Virus record (IMG/VR): IMGVR_UViG_3300022741_000073
Coordinates: 1 to 43,565 of that record
Strand: one strand, 5' to 3'
Source: a virus
Taxonomy: Duplodnaviria > Caudoviricetes
Length of the DNA stretch: 43,565 nt
Made by a program: the position numbers and the translations under genes. Position 1 is the first letter of the stretch. Every line of letters begins with the position of its first letter. The notes below the pieces were generated by a model that made no database searches, was not told where the DNA came from, and was given only the letters and a program-made list of their open reading frames with translations. Positions 27,246 through 37,099 of this stretch are shown here, piece by piece.

Positions 27246-28006
27246 CTATATTCCCATGGCGTCGCCGGAGCGGTGAAGCCGGTGAGCACATGATCGCGCA
27301 GGCCCCAGCCGCCGATCCGCTCCAGTAGGTCCGTCATGCCGGCATGCCAGCCGGCATAATCGGTGTTGGCCTCGACGATGTCCGCGTCGCTGTGGGCCGG
27401 CTCCAGCGGACACCATTTCACCTGCACCTGCCGGCGCCCATCGCCGAAGGTGCGAAAGTGGAAACCGCGCTCTTCCTCGACGATCCGGCGCTGCCCGCGG
27501 CCGTCGAAGAGCGACTGTCCGCGCAGCACATAGCGCTTGGCCAGTTCCGAGCGGGTGGGCACGAACTCCCACCGCTCGGCCGTGACATGCCGGTAGCGGC
27601 CGCGCGCCTCGCTCGGCCGCTTCACCGCCACCATCGGCGCCACCAGCGGCAACCAGTCCGGCCGGGTGCCGGATCGCCCATGGAAACGGACGAGGCGCCG
27701 CTGCCACGGCTCCAGCCACCCCACCGCGTTGGCGACCACCTCGGCATCGGGATGCACCGTCACGGCGATGCCGCGCACCGGCCCGCCGCCGTCCACCCGG
27801 TCACCGACCTCATGACGGCGCAGCAGCTCGGCCACGCCGTCGCCGCTCACTCCCTGCGGTTCCCATCCATGATCGTTCGCCGCGGCCTCGATGTCGAAGA
27901 GGCCGGACTGGACGCGGTCGGCCTGCTGGTCGCGCAACGCCCAGGTCACCAGGGTTTCGAGGTCGAGGCGCCGGCGAGTGTCGCAGTGGGCAAAGGCTAA
28001 GGCCAC
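27239..28006 (-). CDS. Hypothetical protein, candidate late transcription regulator, about 255 aa
   Basis: LETLVTWA..VHPDA..RPDW..Y..W..G pattern; occupies the Q-like position ahead of the late genes. GTG start uncertain. Confidence 0.5.
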   Translation of the reverse strand: MALAFAHCDTRRRLDLETLVTWALRDQQADRVQSGLFDIEAAANDHGWEPQGVSGDGVAELLRRHEVGDRVDGGGPVRGIAVTVHPDAEVVANAVGWLEPWQRRLVRFHGRSGTRPDWLPLVAPMVAVKRPSEARGRYRHVTAERWEFVPTRSELAKRYVLRGQSLFDGRGQRRIVEEERGFHFRTFGDGRRQVQVKWCPLEPAHSDADIVEANTDYAGWHAGMTDLLERIGGWGLRDHVLTGFTAPATPWEYSP

Positions 28007-28017
28007 GATGCCCCCGA

Positions 28018-28308
28018 TCAGGCTGCAGCCGGGACGGCCACCGGCTGGCACAGCGCGCCAGGAAACAGCATGCCGATGCCCACCACCAGCGTGTCCAGGG
28101 CCTCCATGGAGATCTGCCCCGGATCGATGCGGCCGGTGTGTTGCAGGTAACGCGCTTTGGCGAAGAGGTCTTGTGGCGTCAGGATGTCGCCCTTGACCAA
28201 GACCTCCTCCAGGTTGCCACGCAAAGCCTCGATGTGGTCGGCATCGCCGCTGCCCAGCGCTTCATAGGCGAGGAATACGGGCATCAGCTTGGAATCATTG
28301 GCAGGCAT
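28018..28308 (-). CDS. Hypothetical protein, 96 aa, divergent from umuD
   Basis: GGAGG RBS, MPANDSKL start, helical protein-like sequence. Confidence 0.6.
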   Translation of the reverse strand: MPANDSKLMPVFLAYEALGSGDADHIEALRGNLEEVLVKGDILTPQDLFAKARYLQHTGRIDPGQISMEALDTLVVGIGMLFPGALCQPVAVPAAA

Positions 28309-28468
28309 GGGGCGACCTCCGGCGACCACCCGGCGGCACACATCCGCCAGGGTCGTTAGGATTGTTTGCCCAAAAGGATTACCAATTCCTTGCGACAAAT
28401 TGCGCGGACAGGATTTTTTGTTGCTTTTCCCCATCACGGCCTCGTGGAACCGCTGTCAACCGATCAAT

Positions 28469-28483
28469 GTTCTTGAAAAGTTC
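28469..28483 (+). promoter_or_regulatory. Alphaproteobacterial LexA (SOS) box
   Basis: GTTC-TTGAAAA-GTTC (GTTC-N7-GTTC) about 50 bp upstream of umuD. Confidence 0.8.
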
Positions 28484-28531
28484 TTATGCCGCGCCATCCT
28501 GACGGCCAGTGTCAGTAACAAGGAGGAAGCC

Positions 28532-28960
28532 ATGTGCGAGCCGCAATTGGTCTACATGCGTTCGTGCCCAATTGCCTCATACGATGCCGTGATCTCGGCA
28601 GGCTTCCCCAGCCCGGCGGCCGACTATGTCGAAGGCCGCATCGACCTTGCGGAGGTGCTGGTGCCGCACCCCAGCGCCACCTTCACCTTGCGCATCTCCG
28701 GCCACAGCATGACGCGCGCCGGCATCCACGATGGAGATTTGGCGATCGTCGACCGAAGCCTGACGGCTCGGCATGACGACGTTGTGGTTGCCGTGCTGGA
28801 TGGTGAGCTGGTGTGCAAGCGCCTGCTGGTCCGCCGCGGGCGCTATTACCTCGCACCGGAGTCGGACGATCGGGCGTATCAGGTCATCGACGTCACCGAT
28901 CGCCGCGACTTCGAAGTCTGGGGCGTCGTCAGCGCGACCATCCGGATCCACCGGGGCTGA
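28532..28960 (+). CDS. umuD: UmuD-like S24 autopeptidase subunit
   Basis: [11 protein letters not shown] cleavage site, GHSM serine, VCKRL lysine, VWGVV; AGGAGG RBS. Confidence 0.92.
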   Translation: MCEPQLVYMRSCPIASYDAVISAGFPSPAADYVEGRIDLAEVLVPHPSATFTLRISGHSMTRAGIHDGDLAIVDRSLTARHDDVVVAVLDGELVCKRLLVRRGRYYLAPESDDRAYQVIDVTDRRDFEVWGVVSATIRIHRG

Positions 28961-28962
28961 GG

Positions 28963-30228
28963 ATGGCCAGCACTTTCGCCCTGGTGGACTGCAACAATTT
29001 CTATGTGAGCTGCGAACGGGTCTTCAACCCGCGGCTGGAGGGGGTACCAGTCGGCGTGCTGTCGAACAACGACGGCTGCTTCGTCGCCCGGTCGGCCGAG
29101 TTGAAGGCGCTGGGCGTCACCATGGGTCAACCCCTGTTCGAGGTGCGCGACCTCGTCCGCCGCCACAATGTCCGGGTCCTGTCCAGCAACTATGCCCTCT
29201 ATGGGGATCTCAGCGCCCGCGTGACCGATTGCCTGCGGGGCTTTGCTCCGGCTCTGGAGGTCTATTCGATCGACGAGTCGTTCCTCGATCTGACCGGAAT
29301 GACGGGTTCCCTGCCCGCCTATGCCGCGGATATCCGCCGGACGGTGCGGCGCTGGACCGGCATTCCGACCTGTGTCGGGATCGCCCCATCCAAGACCCTG
29401 GCTAAACTGGCGAACTTCGCAGCAAAGAAGGCCCTGCGCGATGATAGCGGCGTCTGCGACCTGACCAACCCGGACGATCGGGAAGCGATCCTCGCGCGGG
29501 TGCCAATCGCCGAAGTGTGGGGAATCGGCCGGCGATCGGCCGAGAAGCTGGAGCGGCTGTCCGTGCATACCGCGGCCGACTTGCGGGACCTCGACCCTCG
29601 GCTCGCCCGTCAGGTGCTGACGGTGACCGGCGAAAGGTTCGTCTACGAGCTGCGCGGCATCGCCTGCATGCCGCTCGATCTGGCGCCCAGCCCGCGTAGG
29701 ACCATCGCGGTGACGCGCTCCTTCGGCCAGCCGGTGACGATGTGGGATGAGATGCGCGAGGCTGTGGCGACCTACGCCACCAGGGCGGCGGAGAAGCTTC
29801 GTGCGGAAAAGCTCGCGACTGAAGCCATCCAGGTGTTCTGCCACACCTCGCCATTCCGACTCGGTCCAAGCTACAGCAATGCGGTGACCGTGGAGGTGCA
29901 GCCGGCGAGCAGCGACACCTTCCAGCTGATCGCTGCGGCAACCGCCGGCGCCCGCCGGATCTGGCGTGACGGCTACGCCATGAGCAAGGCCGGCGTGATC
30001 CTGACCGGCCTTATCCCGGAGGGAAAGGTGCAGCCCGACCTGCTGCAGGTTGCCGATCGGCAGCGTGGCGCGAAGCTGATGGCTGCCCTTGATGCGGTCA
30101 ACACCAGGATGGGCCGCGACACCCTGGTACCGGCGGCCACTATAGGTCGCTCTTGGCGCATGCGTCAGGACCAGCGCTCACCCAGCTACACCACAAAGTT
30201 CGAGGATATGGCAATTGTGCAGGCTTGA
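28963..30228 (+). CDS. umuC: Y-family DNA polymerase V subunit UmuC
   Basis: [52 protein letters not shown]. Confidence 0.96.
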   Translation: MASTFALVDCNNFYVSCERVFNPRLEGVPVGVLSNNDGCFVARSAELKALGVTMGQPLFEVRDLVRRHNVRVLSSNYALYGDLSARVTDCLRGFAPALEVYSIDESFLDLTGMTGSLPAYAADIRRTVRRWTGIPTCVGIAPSKTLAKLANFAAKKALRDDSGVCDLTNPDDREAILARVPIAEVWGIGRRSAEKLERLSVHTAADLRDLDPRLARQVLTVTGERFVYELRGIACMPLDLAPSPRRTIAVTRSFGQPVTMWDEMREAVATYATRAAEKLRAEKLATEAIQVFCHTSPFRLGPSYSNAVTVEVQPASSDTFQLIAAATAGARRIWRDGYAMSKAGVILTGLIPEGKVQPDLLQVADRQRGAKLMAALDAVNTRMGRDTLVPAATIGRSWRMRQDQRSPSYTTKFEDMAIVQA

Positions 30229-30444
30229 TAGCCCTTGGTAGGAATAGTAGCTCCAAAGGCAGCAGGTGCCGAGGGAGGAGCAATGGCTGGATACGCCCTC
30301 TTGAGATGTGTCATAGAGGCAGCAGCCTGTGACGACAATTGATGAAGAGATGGGGCGCCGACTCCAGGCGTACGCGCCGCAGTCGTCGGCTTTTCTGCAG
30401 TTCAGCTCGTTTCCGATCAGTACTCTCAAACATCTCGATAACAG

Positions 30445-32133
30445 TCAGGCGTCCATTGCAACAGGGACAGAGGCTCCGAGATACGTGGAGTTCGCTGACC
30501 CAATTCGCGCATGTCGACCATGGCGTAACCGGTGTGCACGGACGGAATTCCAAGCCGATCGCAGTACATCCAGTTCATTTTGGCTGAGTCCTACCTTCTT
30601 AGCTAGCCATTGATCTCCGAAATCTAGTATATCAACAATATTGCCTTGTGCCTCTTCATGAACTGCAAGAAATTCTTTGAATTCATCTTCGGAAGGCTCA
30701 TGATATACCAACGGTAAGCGTCGAAATTCCTTTGGAGAAAGCTCCAAGACGCCGCCCCCGTAGAACCGACCATCCGTTTCTGCGAAAAGTAAGGTCAGAG
30801 AATTATAGAACGAGAAGCAGATCCCTCGATCAGAATATCCCTCCCTCACATTCAAGCCGTAGGCAGTATCCGTAATATGAACCCCTGCTTCATTCAAGCA
30901 TAGTCGTGGGAATTCATGAGATCTTTTGAAGATAAATGACGCTCTTTTTTCAACGAGCGGCACCTCATACCAGTGCTCTCGATTACGACATTTGTATCGC
31001 AGATGATATCCCGCCTGCTCCCCGACTTCCACATACCTCTTTAACTCAGGCGGCAGCGCTTCGATAGGGCCAGTAATACGTACAAGCCGGCACGGCTCGC
31101 GTTCGGAAATTGCGTCGAAATCTTTGGTTCGGAAGATCGGCTGGCGTGTTGAGAGACTACCCTTCTTCAGGACAGGCAGAGTATGATCCATGAGTCCCAG
31201 CTCAATGGCCTTGGCTTCGGTGATGATAAAATATTCATTCGCGGCCGTGACGACACCTGGAGCGCTAGTGCAATAATCACCGATGGTAGGAAGCTCCGAG
31301 CGCAATCTGCGTGCGGAGGACAGCGCATCCGAAGATATTAGGAACGAACTGAGCTCAAGCGCTAGATTTTCCTCTAATGTAATGTCGATTTTAACTTCGG
31401 CATGGTTTCCTAAGGAGTCCATTGACTTGACGCGCTGCACAAATAGCCCCCGCGGCGCATCAGAGCGCTTTCGCGCAACAAAAATAATCGCATCCTGGTC
31501 AATCTCAGGAAAAGCCTTTTCGTCCGAAACAAAAAGATCAATCCGTTCATAAATCTTAAGCAAATAACGGAGCGCAGACTGCCCATATACCACGGTCATT
31601 ATCTCATATGGCAGAATGAATGCGACCATACCATGGTCACGCAGCAACACTGTCGATGCAAGAAGAAAAGCAACCCAGCTATTCTTTAGATCCGCACGCG
31701 GATAATTAATTGCTGTCGCCAACTCATCCAGAGCCGATTTGAATTCTTCGGAAAAATTATGCTTACGGATGAAAGGCGGATTTCCAATAATTAGGCCAAA
31801 TCTCTTTCGACCCAAAATCCATTTGGCTGCATAATTGATGAAGTCACCAATAAAATAGTCTGACTTGAGAAATCCTACCTCTTCGCGAGCCTGAAGCTGT
31901 TCGATCACATGCTCATCTATATCAAGCGCTGTAAGGCTAGCTTGAGGCAGCTTATCAGCAAGTGCCGACAGGAAGGCACCATCACCGACGCTCGGCTCAA
32001 GGATCTCCGGGCTCTCATCAGGCAAAACGGATGCGACGAATTCCACCAAAGCCTGAGCCACCCCGGGAGGGGTGTAAACAGCACCTGTGAGACGTACGAG
32101 CGTACGTCTATCAGTTGTTTGCACGAAATTCAT
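30445..32133 (-). CDS. N6-adenine DNA methyltransferase, gamma class (Eco57I/TaqI-like MTase domain plus specificity region), about 562 aa
   Basis: GAVYTP, ILEPSVGDGAF (motif I), IIGNPPFIR (motif IV), GRFYGGGVLELSPKE. Confidence 0.9.
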   Translation of the reverse strand: MNFVQTTDRRTLVRLTGAVYTPPGVAQALVEFVASVLPDESPEILEPSVGDGAFLSALADKLPQASLTALDIDEHVIEQLQAREEVGFLKSDYFIGDFINYAAKWILGRKRFGLIIGNPPFIRKHNFSEEFKSALDELATAINYPRADLKNSWVAFLLASTVLLRDHGMVAFILPYEIMTVVYGQSALRYLLKIYERIDLFVSDEKAFPEIDQDAIIFVARKRSDAPRGLFVQRVKSMDSLGNHAEVKIDITLEENLALELSSFLISSDALSSARRLRSELPTIGDYCTSAPGVVTAANEYFIITEAKAIELGLMDHTLPVLKKGSLSTRQPIFRTKDFDAISEREPCRLVRITGPIEALPPELKRYVEVGEQAGYHLRYKCRNREHWYEVPLVEKRASFIFKRSHEFPRLCLNEAGVHITDTAYGLNVREGYSDRGICFSFYNSLTLLFAETDGRFYGGGVLELSPKEFRRLPLVYHEPSEDEFKEFLAVHEEAQGNIVDILDFGDQWLAKKVGLSQNELDVLRSAWNSVRAHRLRHGRHARIGSANSTYLGASVPVAMDA

Positions 32134-32719
32134 AATCTTCAATAGACATGGTAAGTTCACGGAAGCGCATCAGCAGCTCAATGTGTTGCGGCGTGCCTCG
32201 TTCATCCCGCCGCTCAAGCTCCTCGATAAGAACATTCACTTTCTCCCTGAGGAGGCGCATCCGGCGAGCGTTCCAAAGAAGCTCGTGCCGCAGAAGGTGC
32301 AACTTGAGCCGTTTGACGATGTATTTTCCGAGGTCCGATATGCCAATGATCTGTCCCGTAGGAAGCCGCTGCAGATGCTGTTCATACTCGTCCGAGCACG
32401 GGTCCACAAACCCCTTTTTGCCGTCATTGGGAATGACTGGGTCCTTACCGATCCAGTGGTCAGATTTGCTGACGTTGCAGAAGCGGCAGGCATAAACGAG
32501 GTTTGTGTATTCCCGCTCAAGAGCAGGGAATAGGCTCATCGGCGCAAAGTGATCGATGTGAAACCCAATGCGATCAATCCGCTCGTCGCTGTCTCCACAA
32601 TAACCGCAGGAATTGAGGAAATCACGTCGCAGGTCTGCTCGATAGTGCGTATATTTTTCCTTAGCTTCGATTTTCCGCCGCGCAGGAACCGACAAACGTA
32701 TCGTTAAATCATGATCCAT
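32111..32719 (-). CDS. HNH endonuclease
   Basis: CGYC..HIDHFAP..YTNLVYACRFCNVSK zinc-binding HNH fold. Confidence 0.9.
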   Translation of the reverse strand: MDHDLTIRLSVPARRKIEAKEKYTHYRADLRRDFLNSCGYCGDSDERIDRIGFHIDHFAPMSLFPALEREYTNLVYACRFCNVSKSDHWIGKDPVIPNDGKKGFVDPCSDEYEQHLQRLPTGQIIGISDLGKYIVKRLKLHLLRHELLWNARRMRLLREKVNVLIEELERRDERGTPQHIELLMRFRELTMSIEDYEFRANN

Positions 32720-33396
32720 TATAATTTACCTTGTCTCAAATTATGGCGAATTTCAGCGATAAGATCTTCCGTTGCCGCCAGAAGTTCAGACTGACGTTGG
32801 TAAAGATTTCCGTCGAGCAGCGATTTCTTTGCCGTCTGGGCTACTGCATGGTCGGCACCCATTTGCGCCTCGAGCAACGCGTCAAGCTCAACAATACGAT
32901 CAATCTGATGGGCGACCAGTGAGGAGCGGTCGACAGCAAGAAGTTGCTCTAACTCCTCGCTCCAATCACTTACTTGTCGTCTATGGCGTAAGATCTGAAG
33001 ATTGATTCTTTCAAAAAGCGGACGATGCAAGCCACCATCTGCATCAACCTCTTTCGAATAGACACGGTTCACATCGTCAGCGGCATGCAGGGCCTCGTTG
33101 TCGTACGATGTACGAATGAAACACGGAAATCCTGATCGGACCCGCAGGAACGCCTCGACGAGTTGGTTACCGTCATAATCAGCGGGAGAAGCATCAGCCA
33201 AACGGAAATCGGAAATAAGGGCCTCAAATTTGATCTGCAGTAATTCGTTAACCATATCTTCGAGTGAAGGTTCTGGTGCCAGGATTATAACCTCATGGAA
33301 TAATCCTGATTTCCTTGCGTCAATATAAAAATCCTCCCGAGCATCCTCATTTTCATCCACATATACGATGGTAGGAGGAATTACTTCTTCGGACAC
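32719..33396 (-). CDS. Response-regulator receiver protein with helical C-terminus
   Basis: IVYVDE acidic pocket, LISDFRL phospho-Asp, IRTSY, VYSK lysine; no HTH output domain seen. Confidence 0.75.
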   Translation of the reverse strand: MSEEVIPPTIVYVDENEDAREDFYIDARKSGLFHEVIILAPEPSLEDMVNELLQIKFEALISDFRLADASPADYDGNQLVEAFLRVRSGFPCFIRTSYDNEALHAADDVNRVYSKEVDADGGLHRPLFERINLQILRHRRQVSDWSEELEQLLAVDRSSLVAHQIDRIVELDALLEAQMGADHAVAQTAKKSLLDGNLYQRQSELLAATEDLIAEIRHNLRQGKL

Positions 33397-33401
33397 GATC
33401 T

Positions 33402-35963
33402 TTAACTCCCTGCCTTATAAGTTGGAAAGCGCATCGACAATGAAAAACCAGGTTCTCCCAACTTTGAGTTTAGTGAAACCGTGCCGCCATAGTCGTCGAT
33501 GACATTACGCAACAGCCACATGCCGAGGCCGGTGCCGACAGCGTCACCGCTTGACTCCTCCTTTTTTGAAGAAATTCCGAACAAGAAAATATCATCAGCC
33601 AAGTTAAACTCATTCGATAATCCAGGACCATTGTCTTGGTACAATATCTCGATCCACTCCGGATCAGAGAACGAAGTGTCGATCCGGATTTCTCGCTCTT
33701 TCCGCAGTCCTGGCTTGACTAGTGCTTCGACCGAATTATTAATAAGGTTGTAAAATACACTATCAAGGTCGATTTCATGAGCCAGCACACTGAAGTTTTT
33801 ATCTCCATTAAAGTGAGTACAAAGAACAATTTGCCGTGATTTCAAGAAATCATCCCAATAAGTGCTGAGACCCTCAATATATCTACCCATATCAATTACC
33901 TGACGGCGTCGTTTAGCTGGAGACACCGCGGAAAGAGCAAAGGTAACCCAACGACTGACCTTCTCATCCTGCCGACGAAGCCGTTCAATAATTCTAAAGG
34001 GATTCTGGATCTCAACAATGTTTGCAAGACGCCCTTCATCCACAACGTCTCGTACGGCATCTGCCAAACGCTGAGAACGTGAATCAATGTTTGTTCTTAT
34101 CTGTTTTAACTCATGCGTGAATGATACCAGTACGGTGCCAAGCGTCGCCATTCCACGCATAACTTGTATATTATCTCTCAAAACCTCGTTTTTTCTGACT
34201 TCAGAATTGTAAGCGTGAGATACCTGACGCAGTTCATGTTTTGCTTTCACAACCGGCGATGACACGGAAAATTCATCTTGCTTCTCCACTTCTTTTTTTT
34301 GGCTTCCATCCCACTTCCCAGCATCTTCTTGAAGGATTTGTTTAGCGATCTTGCGACCTTCCTCAACATCTTTCAATTCTGGGTTATCGTCTTCATAGGC
34401 TGCACTAAATTGCTGGAGAATATATGCCCGATCTTTCTCGAATTCACGGAGCAGTCCGATCACAATTTCTCGAAACGCTGAAAAGGCACGCTCGTTCATG
34501 ATGCCTTCGCGATTAGACTGATCAGCAAGGATCGGATTCCCGTCCTTGGAAATATGGATCGTACCCGCTACTTGTTGCGGTGGAACGCGCCAGCCCAAGC
34601 GAGACGCTGGCGCGGGATTGCGCGCCGTTCGCTCGCCGAGTAGCAACCAGTCATAGCCCGGTGAATTAGGCTCACCGTATGGTCGAACGCGGAAGTTGTC
34701 ACGATACAGGCGGATGCCGCCAGAACTATTGAGCCATCGGCGTCTCTTAACAACATCAAAGTTTTTTTGCGGAAATCGTTGCAAATTGTCTGAAGTCGGA
34801 TTGGAGAGTTTGAAAAAATACAGAGTAAAAGAGAATGGACCTATAGAAATATAATCCTCCAGCCTACTCTCAGATACACCCAACATAGACGAAATATCCG
34901 TTTTGATCTCTACTTCTCCGGCATCGAAGTCCTCTTTACGAAACGGTGCACGCTGCATCGCCTCTTGCTGAAACACTCGCGGCCGGATGTTTGCGACATC
35001 AATTTCCTGGCGTGTCAGCCGAATATCAACTTTCCCATCTGCTTTAACGTCCGCTTGCAGGCGGTAATCGAATTGATCCGGAGGGAAGTTATCGATGAAA
35101 CCGCTGGCGTCCGTTGCGCGATGATCGAACACAAAGATGTCAAAATTGCCGCGATCATGTGGGGGCAAAAGTGCCTCAAGCGTCTCTTTGAGACGAAGAC
35201 TATCCCGTTGATCCCAGCTATCATTTAACAACGAGATCCGAATTGCAGTGCCAGTCTGGTATTGAATAGGCTGACCTTCACCGATCCGAGCAGGCGCGAT
35301 CTTCGGCAAAACTGTTCCCAAGCTGAAGCGCTGGATTACGTCAGTTAAATTTCCTGCTTCTGTTTCAAGAATAGCCTCAACGTCACTAATGATCTTTCCC
35401 GCACCCTCAAATTCAGTCCAGTCCACTAGCCAGTGAGCCAACTCATTGCCAGCGACAGCGGACAGCATTTCGCATTCTTGTCCCAGGCGATCAAGCGCGA
35501 ACCTACCGATTCCCTTAGCTCCCGTAACGACACGTCCCCCAACCGAGCGTCCGTTCAATTCCTTAGCATCGGTGCCGATGACCATCCAATGATCTTCGAT
35601 TGTCTTGGCAGACATCCCATGACCATTGTCGATAATCCATAGGTCGAGAAAGCCTGCATAAACCGAGTCGAGCGTTGCGCGATCCGCCGTGCTAATCTCC
35701 GCTTTCTCGTGCCAGCGACCGTCAACCTCAACAAAGAGGGTAGATGCGTTCGCGAGAACACGAACAACCATCCCATACTCTCGCGCCGATAAGGAGACAG
35801 GCCTCGACTTCCAACGTGGCAAAAACAAAACGGCGCAAACAGTTGCATCCGCGTCATAGCCGTTCTTAACCAACTCGGTGACTGCGCCCTGTGAGGTCGC
35901 GACGTTCTCTCGCCCTATCAGGCGGGCAGCTCTCGCTGAAACCTTAAAAGGCACCTTCGCCAA
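33402..35963 (-). CDS. GHKL (MORC/MutL-like) ATPase fused to a histidine kinase, 853 aa
   Basis: N-terminal ELVKNGYDAD, DNGHGM, GAKGIGRFA, GTAI; C-terminal H-box FTHELK, NLINNS, DNGPGL, GTGLGMW. No TM segment. TTG start. Confidence 0.88.
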   Translation of the reverse strand: MAKVPFKVSARAARLIGRENVATSQGAVTELVKNGYDADATVCAVLFLPRWKSRPVSLSAREYGMVVRVLANASTLFVEVDGRWHEKAEISTADRATLDSVYAGFLDLWIIDNGHGMSAKTIEDHWMVIGTDAKELNGRSVGGRVVTGAKGIGRFALDRLGQECEMLSAVAGNELAHWLVDWTEFEGAGKIISDVEAILETEAGNLTDVIQRFSLGTVLPKIAPARIGEGQPIQYQTGTAIRISLLNDSWDQRDSLRLKETLEALLPPHDRGNFDIFVFDHRATDASGFIDNFPPDQFDYRLQADVKADGKVDIRLTRQEIDVANIRPRVFQQEAMQRAPFRKEDFDAGEVEIKTDISSMLGVSESRLEDYISIGPFSFTLYFFKLSNPTSDNLQRFPQKNFDVVKRRRWLNSSGGIRLYRDNFRVRPYGEPNSPGYDWLLLGERTARNPAPASRLGWRVPPQQVAGTIHISKDGNPILADQSNREGIMNERAFSAFREIVIGLLREFEKDRAYILQQFSAAYEDDNPELKDVEEGRKIAKQILQEDAGKWDGSQKKEVEKQDEFSVSSPVVKAKHELRQVSHAYNSEVRKNEVLRDNIQVMRGMATLGTVLVSFTHELKQIRTNIDSRSQRLADAVRDVVDEGRLANIVEIQNPFRIIERLRRQDEKVSRWVTFALSAVSPAKRRRQVIDMGRYIEGLSTYWDDFLKSRQIVLCTHFNGDKNFSVLAHEIDLDSVFYNLINNSVEALVKPGLRKEREIRIDTSFSDPEWIEILYQDNGPGLSNEFNLADDIFLFGISSKKEESSGDAVGTGLGMWLLRNVIDDYGGTVSLNSKLGEPGFSLSMRFPTYKAGS

Positions 35964-36422
35964 GATAGCCCCCTATCATTCAATGATTCACCCAAGGCCA
36001 TTCACCTTAGACGCTAGTGGCCAGCAGCGTAAAGTTCCTAACGCTCTTTTTGGGTCGAGGGAGTGCCTGCTTTCCGTGTAGATGCGTTCAATAAGCGATG
36101 TAGATGAAGGCTCATCAAGCCAGAAGTGCCTACCAAAATCCCAGTTAGGCCCGCTAAAATCGTTGATTCTTCTCGCGCTCAGACTGGTTCTGAACCGCAC
36201 TCCCAGCCGTGGACGTCTCTGGAGGTATGATCTACACCGTCACGGGATATATCATTGTACAACATCAAAACAAATGGTCATGCTCAGCCAATTCCTTAAA
36301 CTTTCTTAAATATTCAATGGGCGTTATATCGCTTGCGCACGCCAGAGCAAGTATTAATTCGAAATTCAAATTCGTGATTAACATCGATATTCTATCGACG
36401 GCTCCGGTAAAGAAGCATCGTT

Positions 36423-37097
36423 TTATCCCTTTACCGCCATGTTATGCAAGTCCACCACATGCCGCACCACGTCGGTCGCGGCTGGATCGGGCGCCACCAT
36501 CACCAACAGGTAACGGCGCACGCCGTCCAACTCGACAGTGATGGCGCCAGGATCGTCCGGATCCGCGTGCCAGGGGAGCGACAGCGCCGCCGCGAAGCGT
36601 GACTCCCGCGGTGGTGACGGCTCCTGCGTAGGCTGGATGGACGGAGCGATGACCTCGACCGGCGGGTCAACCGGCCGGGCTGGCGGCTTCAGCGCCTGCA
36701 CCTCCGCCCGCGTCACCTCCGGGTGGATCGTGCCGGCGTCCAGTGCCTGCTGCCGCGTCTCCTCCGGCAGCGTCGCGATGGCGTAGAGGGTGCCCATCGC
36801 TTCCGGCAGCCGATCCAGCGGCACCTTGCCCTCGTCGACGAAGGCGGCGATCTCGCGCAGCTTGCGGGCGGTCGAGGTGCTGAACGGCAGGTCGTTCGTC
36901 ACCATCGCCTCGTATTCGCCATGCGGCAGCGCCTCCTTGGCCTCGTTCAGGCGGCGGCCCACCGCAACGGTGGCCTCCAGCGCGTTGGTCCATTCCCGGT
37001 GGATGTCGGCAGCGAACTCGGCGCGGGTGGTCAGGGTGCGCGGCTTGGCCAGCATGGACAGGCGGGCATTCCCCAGGCTGCGGGCGCTCGGTGCCAT
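36423..37097 (-). CDS. DUF3102-like DNA-binding protein, candidate ParA partner, 224 aa
   Basis: VGRRLNEAKEALPHGEY..LPFSTSTARKLREIA; starts 2 bp after the parA stop. Confidence 0.7.
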   Translation of the reverse strand: MAPSARSLGNARLSMLAKPRTLTTRAEFAADIHREWTNALEATVAVGRRLNEAKEALPHGEYEAMVTNDLPFSTSTARKLREIAAFVDEGKVPLDRLPEAMGTLYAIATLPEETRQQALDAGTIHPEVTRAEVQALKPPARPVDPPVEVIAPSIQPTQEPSPPRESRFAAALSLPWHADPDDPGAITVELDGVRRYLLVMVAPDPAATDVVRHVVDLHNMAVKG

Positions 37098-37099
37098 CG

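Noticed and set aside
30229-30444. Gap between convergent umuC and MTase genes as terminator or ncRNA
   Set aside because: Only short weak hairpins, with no U-tract or recognisable RNA family.
35988-36541. ORFs 35988-36200, 36082-36309 and 36209-36541
   Set aside because: No RBS or recognisable motif and mutually overlapping; treated as intergenic.
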